In this document: positions 39,610-48,164 of the stretch, piece by piece
How the letters are laid out: each line of letters opens with the position of its first letter
Numbering within the stretch: the stretch's first letter is position 1
Assembly: GCA_029838215.1 (NCBI GenBank)
Contig: JALGVI010000005.1
Location: 1 to 52,909, forward strand
Source: Candidatus Helarchaeota archaeon
Lineage (GTDB): Archaea > Asgardarchaeota > Lokiarchaeia > Helarchaeales > RDOG01
Length of the DNA: 52,909 nucleotides
Reading direction: 5' to 3'
Notes under the pieces: model-generated
Database searches by the model: none
What the model was told of the DNA's origin: nothing
The model's input: only the letters and a program-made list of their open reading frames with translations
Program-made: the position numbers and the translations under genes

Positions 39610-41445
39610 TTATTTTTCATCGAAATAATACTTCCTAAAATATAGGATCAGTCTAAGGATCCCGTGAATAAGAATAAGTAGACATTGAATGATAATAGTA
39701 GGAATTGCAAGCAAAGGAAGATTGAGCACTAAAAATAAAAGTGGATGAACCGAAATGATCAAACCAAACCAGTCTACGGAAAAGTTTACATGAGATGCCC
39801 CCATCATGAAGAGCATTAAAAATTCAACTTGTAGAAATAGAATTTGATTTCTTCTGGAATTCGGGTATCTCATGAAAATCAACAAAGAACACAGAATGAC
39901 AAGAGCGCATATGATATCAAATAATGAGATCATGCTAAAAATGGAAAAATATAAGAAGCAGGCGAAAAAAAGGACAAAAAAATACCGATAATGAAATTGT
40001 TCCTGTTGTTGTTTCATTTTTTTCATGTAATAGAGTGTCTCGTATAAAAACGAAAGCGTAAATATACCTGTTATCAAGAAAATCGTGCTATAATAATTGA
40101 ACGACCATCCATTGAGAAACCCTACAATTACAGCAAGAATCCCGATTGACGACATAATGATGGATTCGTAATTCACGATTTGGCTTCTATATTCTTTCGA
40201 TCTCTTTAAAAATCGAAATTGAAAAAGAAAATATGGCAGGCAAAACAAAATAAGAAAAAGAAAATACAAAATGGGTTCACTGACGTAGAATATCGGTGCT
40301 ACAATAATAAATAGGGACATTATAAGCATGCCTGCAAATGGAATGAGTGGGAAAAAGACCAAGTGGAAATCATCCACTTTCGACATTTTTTTCTTGAAGT
40401 AATGAATAATTTCATGCATGAAAAAAAGTGGGCTGATAAATAGCACCGTGACAATATTTAACCATGCTGCATAAGGTAAAGCTTCAAATTTTAATGCTCC
40501 TATTTGAGGCGTATTGGGTAAGGGCTTCACGTAAAGTAGATAATAAGAATTTTTAGCGACATACAGAAGCTGAACAATAAAAATGAAATAAATAGCAAAG
40601 ATAAAAGAAATAACAATGATATTTAGCAGTATTTTCAAGATATCATTTCTGGTTTCATGGGGACAAATCATTATTATCGAGATTATAGTCACGATGGACA
40701 AGATAATGACTTCTGTCATCATTCCAATGGTAAAATAGAATTCCGTGCTTACAGATGTTGGGTGAATGAAAATCGGCCAAATGTTAAGAATTAGGATTGG
40801 ATTTATATTTAAAGATAAAAGTAAAAGGTCAATGCTCATTGCCATTGGAATTATGGACAGAACTGCTGAATAAGCATATAAAATCTTTTTCTTAGATATT
40901 TCGCTATTCGGAAAAAACGCCTTTGAAACCGTGGATATTAAAAGAATCGCAAATAATTCTACCGTAAAGAAAAATAAATTAACGTGTAAATAGAAACTAA
41001 ACATGAAAAAATTTACGAAAAAGTTTGAAAATAAAAGTGAAAATGGAAAAATTGTCCCTCCGCCCGGCAAAAAATTGAATTTCCACTCCGCAAAATACCG
41101 AACTGTGTTCAAAACAATGAGAACAAAACAAAAAAGGATGAATCTATCTCTAAATGATTTCATTTGGAAAAAAAAAGCAAATACTATTTGAATTTGGAAC
41201 ATGACTAGAAAAATAAGAATGAAAATCAAGTTAAATGGGGAAAGAGGGATTACATCCATCAACAATATTATCAAAATCGCATAAAAAATTGAAAAAGTCC
41301 CGAAAATAATGAAAAAAATTACATTGCGTTTGGAATTCTCCACTTTTCTAGGATGGAGCACGTAATAAGACGTGAAAAATAGTACGGCGTTAAGCACGAA
41401 TAATAATGCGATGTAAAATCCTGAAAAATCTGTCACGTTGTTCAT
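39610..41445 (-). CDS. Large polytopic membrane protein of unknown function
   Basis: 611 aa, almost entirely F/I/L-rich hydrophobic helices; overlaps the upstream gene by 4 bp. Confidence 0.7.
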   Translation of the reverse strand: MNNVTDFSGFYIALLFVLNAVLFFTSYYVLHPRKVENSKRNVIFFIIFGTFSIFYAILIILLMDVIPLSPFNLIFILIFLVMFQIQIVFAFFFQMKSFRDRFILFCFVLIVLNTVRYFAEWKFNFLPGGGTIFPFSLLFSNFFVNFFMFSFYLHVNLFFFTVELFAILLISTVSKAFFPNSEISKKKILYAYSAVLSIIPMAMSIDLLLLSLNINPILILNIWPIFIHPTSVSTEFYFTIGMMTEVIILSIVTIISIIMICPHETRNDILKILLNIIVISFIFAIYFIFIVQLLYVAKNSYYLLYVKPLPNTPQIGALKFEALPYAAWLNIVTVLFISPLFFMHEIIHYFKKKMSKVDDFHLVFFPLIPFAGMLIMSLFIIVAPIFYVSEPILYFLFLILFCLPYFLFQFRFLKRSKEYRSQIVNYESIIMSSIGILAVIVGFLNGWSFNYYSTIFLITGIFTLSFLYETLYYMKKMKQQQEQFHYRYFFVLFFACFLYFSIFSMISLFDIICALVILCSLLIFMRYPNSRRNQILFLQVEFLMLFMMGASHVNFSVDWFGLIISVHPLLFLVLNLPLLAIPTIIIQCLLILIHGILRLILYFRKYYFDEK

Positions 41446-42461
41446 TCCTTAAATTTTTCTTCGTTTAAATCTTGATTTTTGTTTTTAACCAAGAGTGCTG
41501 GTATTATAAAATAGGCAAATGGGATGAAGTTACGTAATTCCCAGAAATCTGATAGGATGATGGTGGCGGGAATTAGTAAAATCACGCAAGCTACATAACC
41601 CCATTTCAGGATGGGATCGATTTTTTTCCAATTCACGAGTGTAATTATCCATCCGATCCCATAACATGCCCACATTGCTGCCAGGCAAAAAGCCAAGTGC
41701 CATGGACCAAATGAAAAAGATTCAAGATAACTATTAAAGGCATAAATAAAAATTCCACTATAATCCACGATTTTCGTGATTAAGATGAAAATAAATGCGG
41801 GAGAACAATAAATAATGCGTTTTAGCACCATTAATATTTGTTTTTTCTTGATGATGCTATCAAATTTTAAATCTTTGAAAACGTAGATGACAAAAAGAAG
41901 AATGCCCGTTTCTTTGTGAAGCAAAGTGATAAATGCAAACAAGAAAAATAACTCGTGATTCTGTTTTTTTAAGAAATATAAACTAACTAAAAAGAAAAAA
42001 TAAAGTCCCATCTCATAAGTATAGAATATGATCGGGTTTAAAATTGGCAATAGAGTCGTGAAAATTAAGGTTCCCGCAAGAATTAGGTTAGAATCGTCAA
42101 AATATTCTTTCAGGTAAAAAGTAAAGACGATAATGCTTAAAGAATTGAAAATTAAATTCGTAATTTGAAGAAGAAGGTAGATATCTTGAAAACAAACGGT
42201 ATAGAAGAGAAACATCAGAGGATACGTTATTAAGAAACGGTGATTAAATGGAACTGTAAATGGGAACTGTGGTATTATGTACTCCATGAAGATTAAATGC
42301 ACGACCGCGGGGTTAGAACTTTCGATCAAGTAGAACCAATTAAAAAGCCAGTAACAGAAATAGAGATTCAAACAAACTATTATTGTTTTCCATTCAATTT
42401 TCCATTTACGATTTTTGACATCCGTTATTAGTTTTGAGATGAAGTCATTTTGGAGTTTCAA
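41442..42461 (-). CDS. Polytopic membrane protein, possibly a GT-C-fold glycosyltransferase
   Basis: About 9 TM segments; NHRFL, YTYEMG and LLHKETG segments resemble GT-C-like membrane proteins. The family call is weak. Confidence 0.45.
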   Translation of the reverse strand: MKLQNDFISKLITDVKNRKWKIEWKTIIVCLNLYFCYWLFNWFYLIESSNPAVVHLIFMEYIIPQFPFTVPFNHRFLITYPLMFLFYTVCFQDIYLLLQITNLIFNSLSIIVFTFYLKEYFDDSNLILAGTLIFTTLLPILNPIIFYTYEMGLYFFFLVSLYFLKKQNHELFFLFAFITLLHKETGILLFVIYVFKDLKFDSIIKKKQILMVLKRIIYCSPAFIFILITKIVDYSGIFIYAFNSYLESFSFGPWHLAFCLAAMWACYGIGWIITLVNWKKIDPILKWGYVACVILLIPATIILSDFWELRNFIPFAYFIIPALLVKNKNQDLNEEKFKE

Positions 42462-42467
42462 TGAAAA

Positions 42468-44291
42468 TCACACGTAAATGCTTAATGAGTAATAGATGTA
42501 ATCTCGAATTGTTAGAAATGAATCACCGCACGTTGGCAGGTTTAAAGACGTGCCATATGAAATGTCAATGTTTAATGCATCAATGATAAAACTCGTTGTT
42601 ACAAGTCCTTGATAATCTTCCCACAACGTTAGCTGATATGTTTTATTGCCTATGTATAAAAGATCATTTCCCGTTCCTACATATGTCGAATACCAAAGTG
42701 TGGAAGCATCCCAACTTCCGTCTACGTTTTGTTGTTGTAACAATTTTAATTTTCCGATGTCAATCTCTATCCCCTCATAGTTCATTGCTTTTAAGGCAAG
42801 CAGGGCAAAAGCCGTCGATAATGTAACATCGTACTGTCCCCAAGTACCATCCGAGTTTCTTTTTTGCAATAGGTCGTTCAAAAGAGAATTCATGAGCGCG
42901 TTTGTTCCGTTTTGATTTATTAATACACGTGCCGTTAGATAGTCTATATAGTAGGGATTTGCTATGAACATGGAACTCCTATTCTCAAAGTTATCGATCA
43001 AGTATTGAACCGTTGTATCGTTCTGATAACCAAAAGAATCCAGAAAATAATAGACCATTGCTGTCGTGCCATAATCTTCAAGCATCCAATGCTCATTCCA
43101 TGGATATACGTCCATTGAGTAGTTTGGATATGAAGAATCATTGAGTTGGGCAATATATCCTCCATCAGCCTGTCGAAACACTTGGGTTTGATTCACGGAA
43201 TCATTTTTCGCCAGTCCTTCGAATACTGTCGCACTATCAAATGCAGTGCACATGGAATCCGTGTCCATCGGGTACAAGAGATCCACTTCCGTGCTTAATA
43301 ACCACTCTCTTAAAGAATGAGTCGATTCATTATACTTGATATCTGTTTTGTTAAAATAATCTAATACCTTCAGGATGCTTCCGTATGGAGCCACGTTGCA
43401 CATCAACTCGGTTGAACCCAGAGCGATTTTATGGACTAATAATAGATAATCCGTGGAGAAATTTCGTTGAGAGATATTATTCGATAGGAAATCGATTCCT
43501 TTTATGGCGGCTAATTCTGCTCGCATGCGTGTTACATTTCGGAGCGATTCTTCTAAAGCCCCTGAAATCCCGCCTGCTTGCTCAAAGAACCCTCCACAGA
43601 ACGGTCTTCTCGTATATTCCGTTAAAGTTCCTGAGTCCACGGCATGAATGTATACATTGTTATCGTAATAGACGTAATACCATCCGTTTGAAATGGCGGA
43701 GCCTTTATAATATACTCCAACAGTTTCCAAAATCTGGTAATTCTGTAAGTTTGGTTGATATTTGAAAGCCCCAAAAGCGTGCATGATACCATCTTGAAAG
43801 TAACCAAATGAAAAGGTATGATATCTCATTAACGATATGTTCGCATCAATGAACGTGAATCCATTTATTTCAGGATATTGCTGATAATTAATTGTCAAGA
43901 TATATGGTTTTAAGCGCGAATACAGCGAGTTTATTTTAGCAAATATTTGTATCTTGTTATCAAAAACCCTTCCATCCCTCATTAATACTACTGGCTGTTC
44001 ACCCTCTGAAGGATCCCACTGATCTGTCATTCCAACTCCTTTAATTTCAGCCATATTCCATGATTCATCAAGTTGGAAAATCATCCTTAACGTGGAATCG
44101 CTAATACAAGTGCGAAGTGCTTCTATATCAAGATAAATATATGAGTTGATTGAATTGGGAAGAAATTTCATTAATTGGATACATTGTGGTTCTGGCTTTA
44201 TCACGAAAGCTCCAAGAATGGGAATTATCGAAGAAATCGAAATTATCATCATAATGACAATAATCGTTTTATGTTTTTTCAAGTAATTCAT
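42468..44291 (-). CDS. Exported protein with a C-terminal prenyltransferase/squalene-cyclase repeat (class II terpene cyclase beta-domain-like)
   Basis: N-terminal TM/signal; DTDS acid motif at ~43254-43265; QW-like repeats FRQADGGY, QKRNSDGTWG and QQQNVDGSW; terminal EDYQGLVTTSFIIDAL. Confidence 0.65.
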   Translation of the reverse strand: MNYLKKHKTIIVIMMIISISSIIPILGAFVIKPEPQCIQLMKFLPNSINSYIYLDIEALRTCISDSTLRMIFQLDESWNMAEIKGVGMTDQWDPSEGEQPVVLMRDGRVFDNKIQIFAKINSLYSRLKPYILTINYQQYPEINGFTFIDANISLMRYHTFSFGYFQDGIMHAFGAFKYQPNLQNYQILETVGVYYKGSAISNGWYYVYYDNNVYIHAVDSGTLTEYTRRPFCGGFFEQAGGISGALEESLRNVTRMRAELAAIKGIDFLSNNISQRNFSTDYLLLVHKIALGSTELMCNVAPYGSILKVLDYFNKTDIKYNESTHSLREWLLSTEVDLLYPMDTDSMCTAFDSATVFEGLAKNDSVNQTQVFRQADGGYIAQLNDSSYPNYSMDVYPWNEHWMLEDYGTTAMVYYFLDSFGYQNDTTVQYLIDNFENRSSMFIANPYYIDYLTARVLINQNGTNALMNSLLNDLLQKRNSDGTWGQYDVTLSTAFALLALKAMNYEGIEIDIGKLKLLQQQNVDGSWDASTLWYSTYVGTGNDLLYIGNKTYQLTLWEDYQGLVTTSFIIDALNIDISYGTSLNLPTCGDSFLTIRDYIYYSLSIYV

Positions 44292-44448
44292 CGTAATTCT
44301 CTTATGGGACTTTTATCTAAAGAAATAAATGCAAAGATAATGAACTATTGTGCATATATATGTCATCTTAATGTTTTTTTATAGAACCTATTTCCATTAA
44401 AACGTTTTTGTCTTTATCTTGAATTGAAGAAGCAGGTTTGATCCGAAA

Positions 44449-44823
44449 ATGAAAAAAGAAGAAAACTCAACGAACGAAAAACAACCTACCTTGAAAAACA
44501 TCTCGAAAGATGAAATAATTTCGAAGCACTCCAATACCACGGATAAAAAGAACGAAAGGCAAAAGATAATACTTCATTCGAGTCCCATTTTAATTACAGG
44601 TATTGTTGTAATGGCAAGCGTGTCTTATTTACTGTCTATTTTATACGTGTCTCCACTTTTCTATACTTTCTACTTGTTCCTAGTTCCTTTCTGGCTCTTG
44701 TTATCCTCCATGATATGCCTTTATTATCAGCAACCTGAGTGGGCAGAAAGGCTTTTCATTTCAGGCCTTATTGTTTTTGGCATTTATTGCACGATCATTT
44801 TCATAATTCTAACTATTTTTTAA
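44449..44823 (+). CDS. Small membrane protein (3 TM)
   Basis: Polar N-terminus then three hydrophobic helices; first gene of the + strand unit. Confidence 0.6.
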   Translation: MKKEENSTNEKQPTLKNISKDEIISKHSNTTDKKNERQKIILHSSPILITGIVVMASVSYLLSILYVSPLFYTFYLFLVPFWLLLSSMICLYYQQPEWAERLFISGLIVFGIYCTIIFIILTIF

Positions 44824-44897
44824 TTTTGCGAGTTTAATGGATGAGTTAGATAAAGAAAATACTTTTAATCAAGCCGAAATGGGACGATATCGGTTTC

Positions 44898-46211
44898 ATG
44901 CAATCCTCGAAATTTCTTAGAGCACCTCCTCTAGCTTTGGGATTTCTAGCGACCCTTACACCTTCAGAATTCGAAGTTAGAATCATTGACAATGATTTTG
45001 AGACAATTCCTTACGAAGAAGAGTGGGATCTTGTTGGAATCACGGCAACCACACCCGTGGCAAAGCGCGCGTATGCGATTGCTGAAAGATTTCGTGTTTT
45101 GAACATTCCCACGGTTCTCGGAGGGTTTCATCCCAGCTTTTTACCTGAAGAAAGTGCTCAATTCGCCGATTCCGTGGTGATAGGGGAAGCAGGCAATGTT
45201 TGGCATCGTGTCTTAAATGATTGTAAAGAGAATAAACTGAAAAAAATCTATAGGGATGAAAATAATTCTCGGGCATCCCCACTGGTCTTGAGAAAAGGTC
45301 TTTTCAACCCTAAATTTTACTATCCTGCCATTCAACTAACAAAAGGTTGCACTTTTAAGTGTTCGTTCTGCTCGATTCGCAAGATGTACAAGAAGTATCA
45401 AGTAATGCCCATCAAGTTGGCACTACAAAATCTCTATAACCTTCGTGGAAAGCACGTATATTTTGTTGATGATAATTTGTTTTGTAATGGTTCTTACTGT
45501 AAGAAACTATTCAAATCGATGATCGAAGCAAGATTGAATAAAAAGTGGTGGGTACAAGCACCCGTCACGTTAACCGATAATGATGAAATGTTAAAACTTG
45601 CTGTAGAAAGTGGATTAATCTCCTGTCAATTAGGATTGGAATCAATTTCTCAAGAAGCTCTCCTAAACTCCAGAAAATATCAAAATAAAGTTTCTAACTT
45701 TCGACGCGTGATCAAGACTTTACATGATCACGGCATAACTGTTGTTCCATTCTTTCTTTTTGGTTTTGATACTGATAAAAAGGACGTGTTTGCAAGAACG
45801 GTCGATTTTGCTAGCGATATCGAATGCGATGCGGTTGCGTTTTGGCTTTTAACTCCATTTCCTGGCACGGAATTATTTGATGATTTCCAAAGGCAAGATC
45901 GTCTTTTAACAAAGGACTGGGATTTTTACGACGGCTATCATTGCGTTTTTAAGCCTCGAAACATGACTCCTGAAGAGCTGGAAAATGGTCTTTATCATTC
46001 TTTTGAAGACTTTTATGGTCGTTCCTTCAAATTTCAAACCATATTAAACCGATTTAAGGGAAAACAAATGCGAAGAATGGTATTAGAAGCTCCCGCCCTT
46101 TTCTATCAAGTTGGAAATCTAATAAAAAATATCACGCCATCAATTAACCGTCTGAAACGATCACTTCTACGGGATAGAGCCGTTTTTCATCAGAAACTTG
46201 CCCCGAAATAA
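44898..46211 (+). CDS. Cobalamin-binding radical SAM protein (class B methyltransferase-like); the true N-terminus probably lies upstream (~44850)
   Basis: PPLAL..LA.LTP, DLVGIT, VLGG.HPS, VVIGEA, TKGCTFKCSFC, FVDDN, GLES, FLFGFD.D and LTPFPGT motifs. Confidence 0.88.
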   Translation: MQSSKFLRAPPLALGFLATLTPSEFEVRIIDNDFETIPYEEEWDLVGITATTPVAKRAYAIAERFRVLNIPTVLGGFHPSFLPEESAQFADSVVIGEAGNVWHRVLNDCKENKLKKIYRDENNSRASPLVLRKGLFNPKFYYPAIQLTKGCTFKCSFCSIRKMYKKYQVMPIKLALQNLYNLRGKHVYFVDDNLFCNGSYCKKLFKSMIEARLNKKWWVQAPVTLTDNDEMLKLAVESGLISCQLGLESISQEALLNSRKYQNKVSNFRRVIKTLHDHGITVVPFFLFGFDTDKKDVFARTVDFASDIECDAVAFWLLTPFPGTELFDDFQRQDRLLTKDWDFYDGYHCVFKPRNMTPEELENGLYHSFEDFYGRSFKFQTILNRFKGKQMRRMVLEAPALFYQVGNLIKNITPSINRLKRSLLRDRAVFHQKLAPK

Positions 46212-46322
46212 TAAAAAAATGCGCGTTTATCAAATATTCTCTGCGGTCTTGGTTTTTTATCTGAATTTTTTCTTGAAAAAAAAGCTATTTAAGAAAAATT
46301 TATTTGGTTTTATTTTTAATTT

Positions 46323-47237
46323 ATGTTGATGTCACCTCTTAAGAATTACGGGAAGCTGCTTCGTGCACCTTCGAAAATAATGCCCATCATGAATTTTACT
46401 CTCATGTTTATTTTTGGATTCTTCTTAGAATTCTCAATTTTTGATGTATCGATATCTTTCAACTCCCTTCTGAGATTTTTCGGTTTTTTGCTGGCTCTAG
46501 GCAGTTTCCTTTGTGCTTGGATTTTCGCCGTGGGTATAAATGATTATCATGATGTAGAGACTGATAGTGTAATAAATCCCGATAGACCATTAGTTTCAGG
46601 CAGTTTAACTCATTCTCAAGTGAAAAAATTCACTATTTTCTTTTTAATTTCATCATTTATTCTTGCAATCTGCGGTTATTTGATAATTTTTAATATTATT
46701 GGGATAATCTTGGTTGGCGTGTATCTGGTATTGGCATTCGTTTACTCGGCACCTCCCATTAAGCTCAAATATAGGACACCATTCGCAACACTGGTCATTG
46801 GTCTTGCTTGTTTTTTGACAATAATGGGTGGTAGCTTGTTTTCAGCATTTACCCCAAAAGCAATCATTACCGCCATTTTATTCGGAATTATTTCATTCGT
46901 GCTAAGCTTGGCGAAGGATTTCAAGGATCTTGAAGGTGATAAAGCTGCGAACATACCTACACTTCCCGTGATATATGGAGAAAAGAAGGCAGGGACTATT
47001 TTGCTTGTTTCTGGCCCAATCGTGTATTTTTGCCTGTTCTTTTTCATTATTTACAATGTCTTTTTTCTTGTTTTAGTCCCTGTTACCATATTCATTGCCG
47101 TTGGTTCTTGGCTGATCGTTTTCTATAAGTACATTCAAAAACCATCTAAAGAAAAAGGTGCGTTGATTTACAAGATTGGATTTGGATTTTTTCTCCTTGT
47201 CTTTCTTGTAATGTTGATAATCGAATTATTTGTTTAA
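46323..47237 (+). CDS. UbiA-family prenyltransferase (DGGGP synthase / chlorophyll synthase-like branch)
   Basis: INDYHDVETD..INPDRPLVSG, YSAPP..LK and KDFKDLEGD...IPTLPV.YG motifs; multiple TMs. Confidence 0.88.
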   Translation: MLMSPLKNYGKLLRAPSKIMPIMNFTLMFIFGFFLEFSIFDVSISFNSLLRFFGFLLALGSFLCAWIFAVGINDYHDVETDSVINPDRPLVSGSLTHSQVKKFTIFFLISSFILAICGYLIIFNIIGIILVGVYLVLAFVYSAPPIKLKYRTPFATLVIGLACFLTIMGGSLFSAFTPKAIITAILFGIISFVLSLAKDFKDLEGDKAANIPTLPVIYGEKKAGTILLVSGPIVYFCLFFFIIYNVFFLVLVPVTIFIAVGSWLIVFYKYIQKPSKEKGALIYKIGFGFFLLVFLVMLIIELFV

Positions 47238-47288
47238 AACCTTTTTCAAATCCATTTCTGTCGAAATGGCGTTAATTCATTCGATTCG

Positions 47289-47741
47289 TCATAGGAATTC
47301 GTTCAGGAATTCGATCAATGTTTCTTTATGTTCTTCTTCTTTTCCACTCATTCCAATCGTGGCAAGGTTAAACAATTTCATTGCTGCTGTTGGGTCCATG
47401 CCATCTCCATCTTGTTTATTAGCAATCACGCAAATTTGCGCATTGGGAATTTGTTTTAGAATCTCATCCATTGCTTTTTTCGTCGAGACACAGTTTCTAA
47501 TGCTTGTCACCACGGCGACAATCAAGGATGTCCCTGGGATTTCATCCATTTTTTGGCGTTCTTGAACCAATTTTGGAGTTAAGGAATATAAGATTACATT
47601 TCTATGCGTGCCAACATTTCCTACTTTCTTTACCGTGATGGGTCCAAAACCCGGAAAAGTCTTGTTTCCAATGATGAGGTTAATTATCGTTCGCTTTCCC
47701 ACTTCTTCTTCGCCTAAAAAAAGAATTTTTTTCATTTTCAT
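47289..47741 (-). CDS. Degenerate small GTPase-like protein (Ras/Arf superfamily fold)
   Basis: KILFLGEEEVGKRTI (altered G1), VIANKQD (G4), no DxxG G3. Confidence 0.65.
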   Translation of the reverse strand: MKMKKILFLGEEEVGKRTIINLIIGNKTFPGFGPITVKKVGNVGTHRNVILYSLTPKLVQERQKMDEIPGTSLIVAVVTSIRNCVSTKKAMDEILKQIPNAQICVIANKQDGDGMDPTAAMKLFNLATIGMSGKEEEHKETLIEFLNEFL

Positions 47742-48125
47742 TTAAGAACCTCTTGTTTAATGAATGGATTTTTTGCTTTTCGTGTTTTAAATTTTAGTTT
47801 TTATTCAAGAATTCTAATTTCGCATTAATAAATTATTTTTGTTTTATCTTGGTTTGAATTGATAAAAACATGAATTTCATTCGATTTTTGGAATAAAACG
47901 CGTTTTTTTAATTCAAGTGTTTTTTAACACGTTATCATATTCCAACACATCTTTTTCAAACACCGAAGATTTCTTGGCAACATATCGTTTAAATAAAAGG
48001 TCGAAGAATTTCAGGCTAAAGAACGCAATGGGTGGAATTCAAGGGTTTCTCATTTTTTGCCAGAAACCTAAGAAATCATCCATTTTTAACTACATAACAA
48101 TTCGAAATCAAATTTCCTAAACGAA

Positions 48126-48133
48126 TTATAAAT
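48126..48133 (+). promoter_or_regulatory. Candidate TATA box for the 48165 gene
   Basis: TTATAAAT about 32-39 bp upstream of ATG 48165; GGAG at 48151-48154. Confidence 0.35.
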
Positions 48134-48164
48134 AACGATACAAAATATTAGGAGTATTTTAAAT

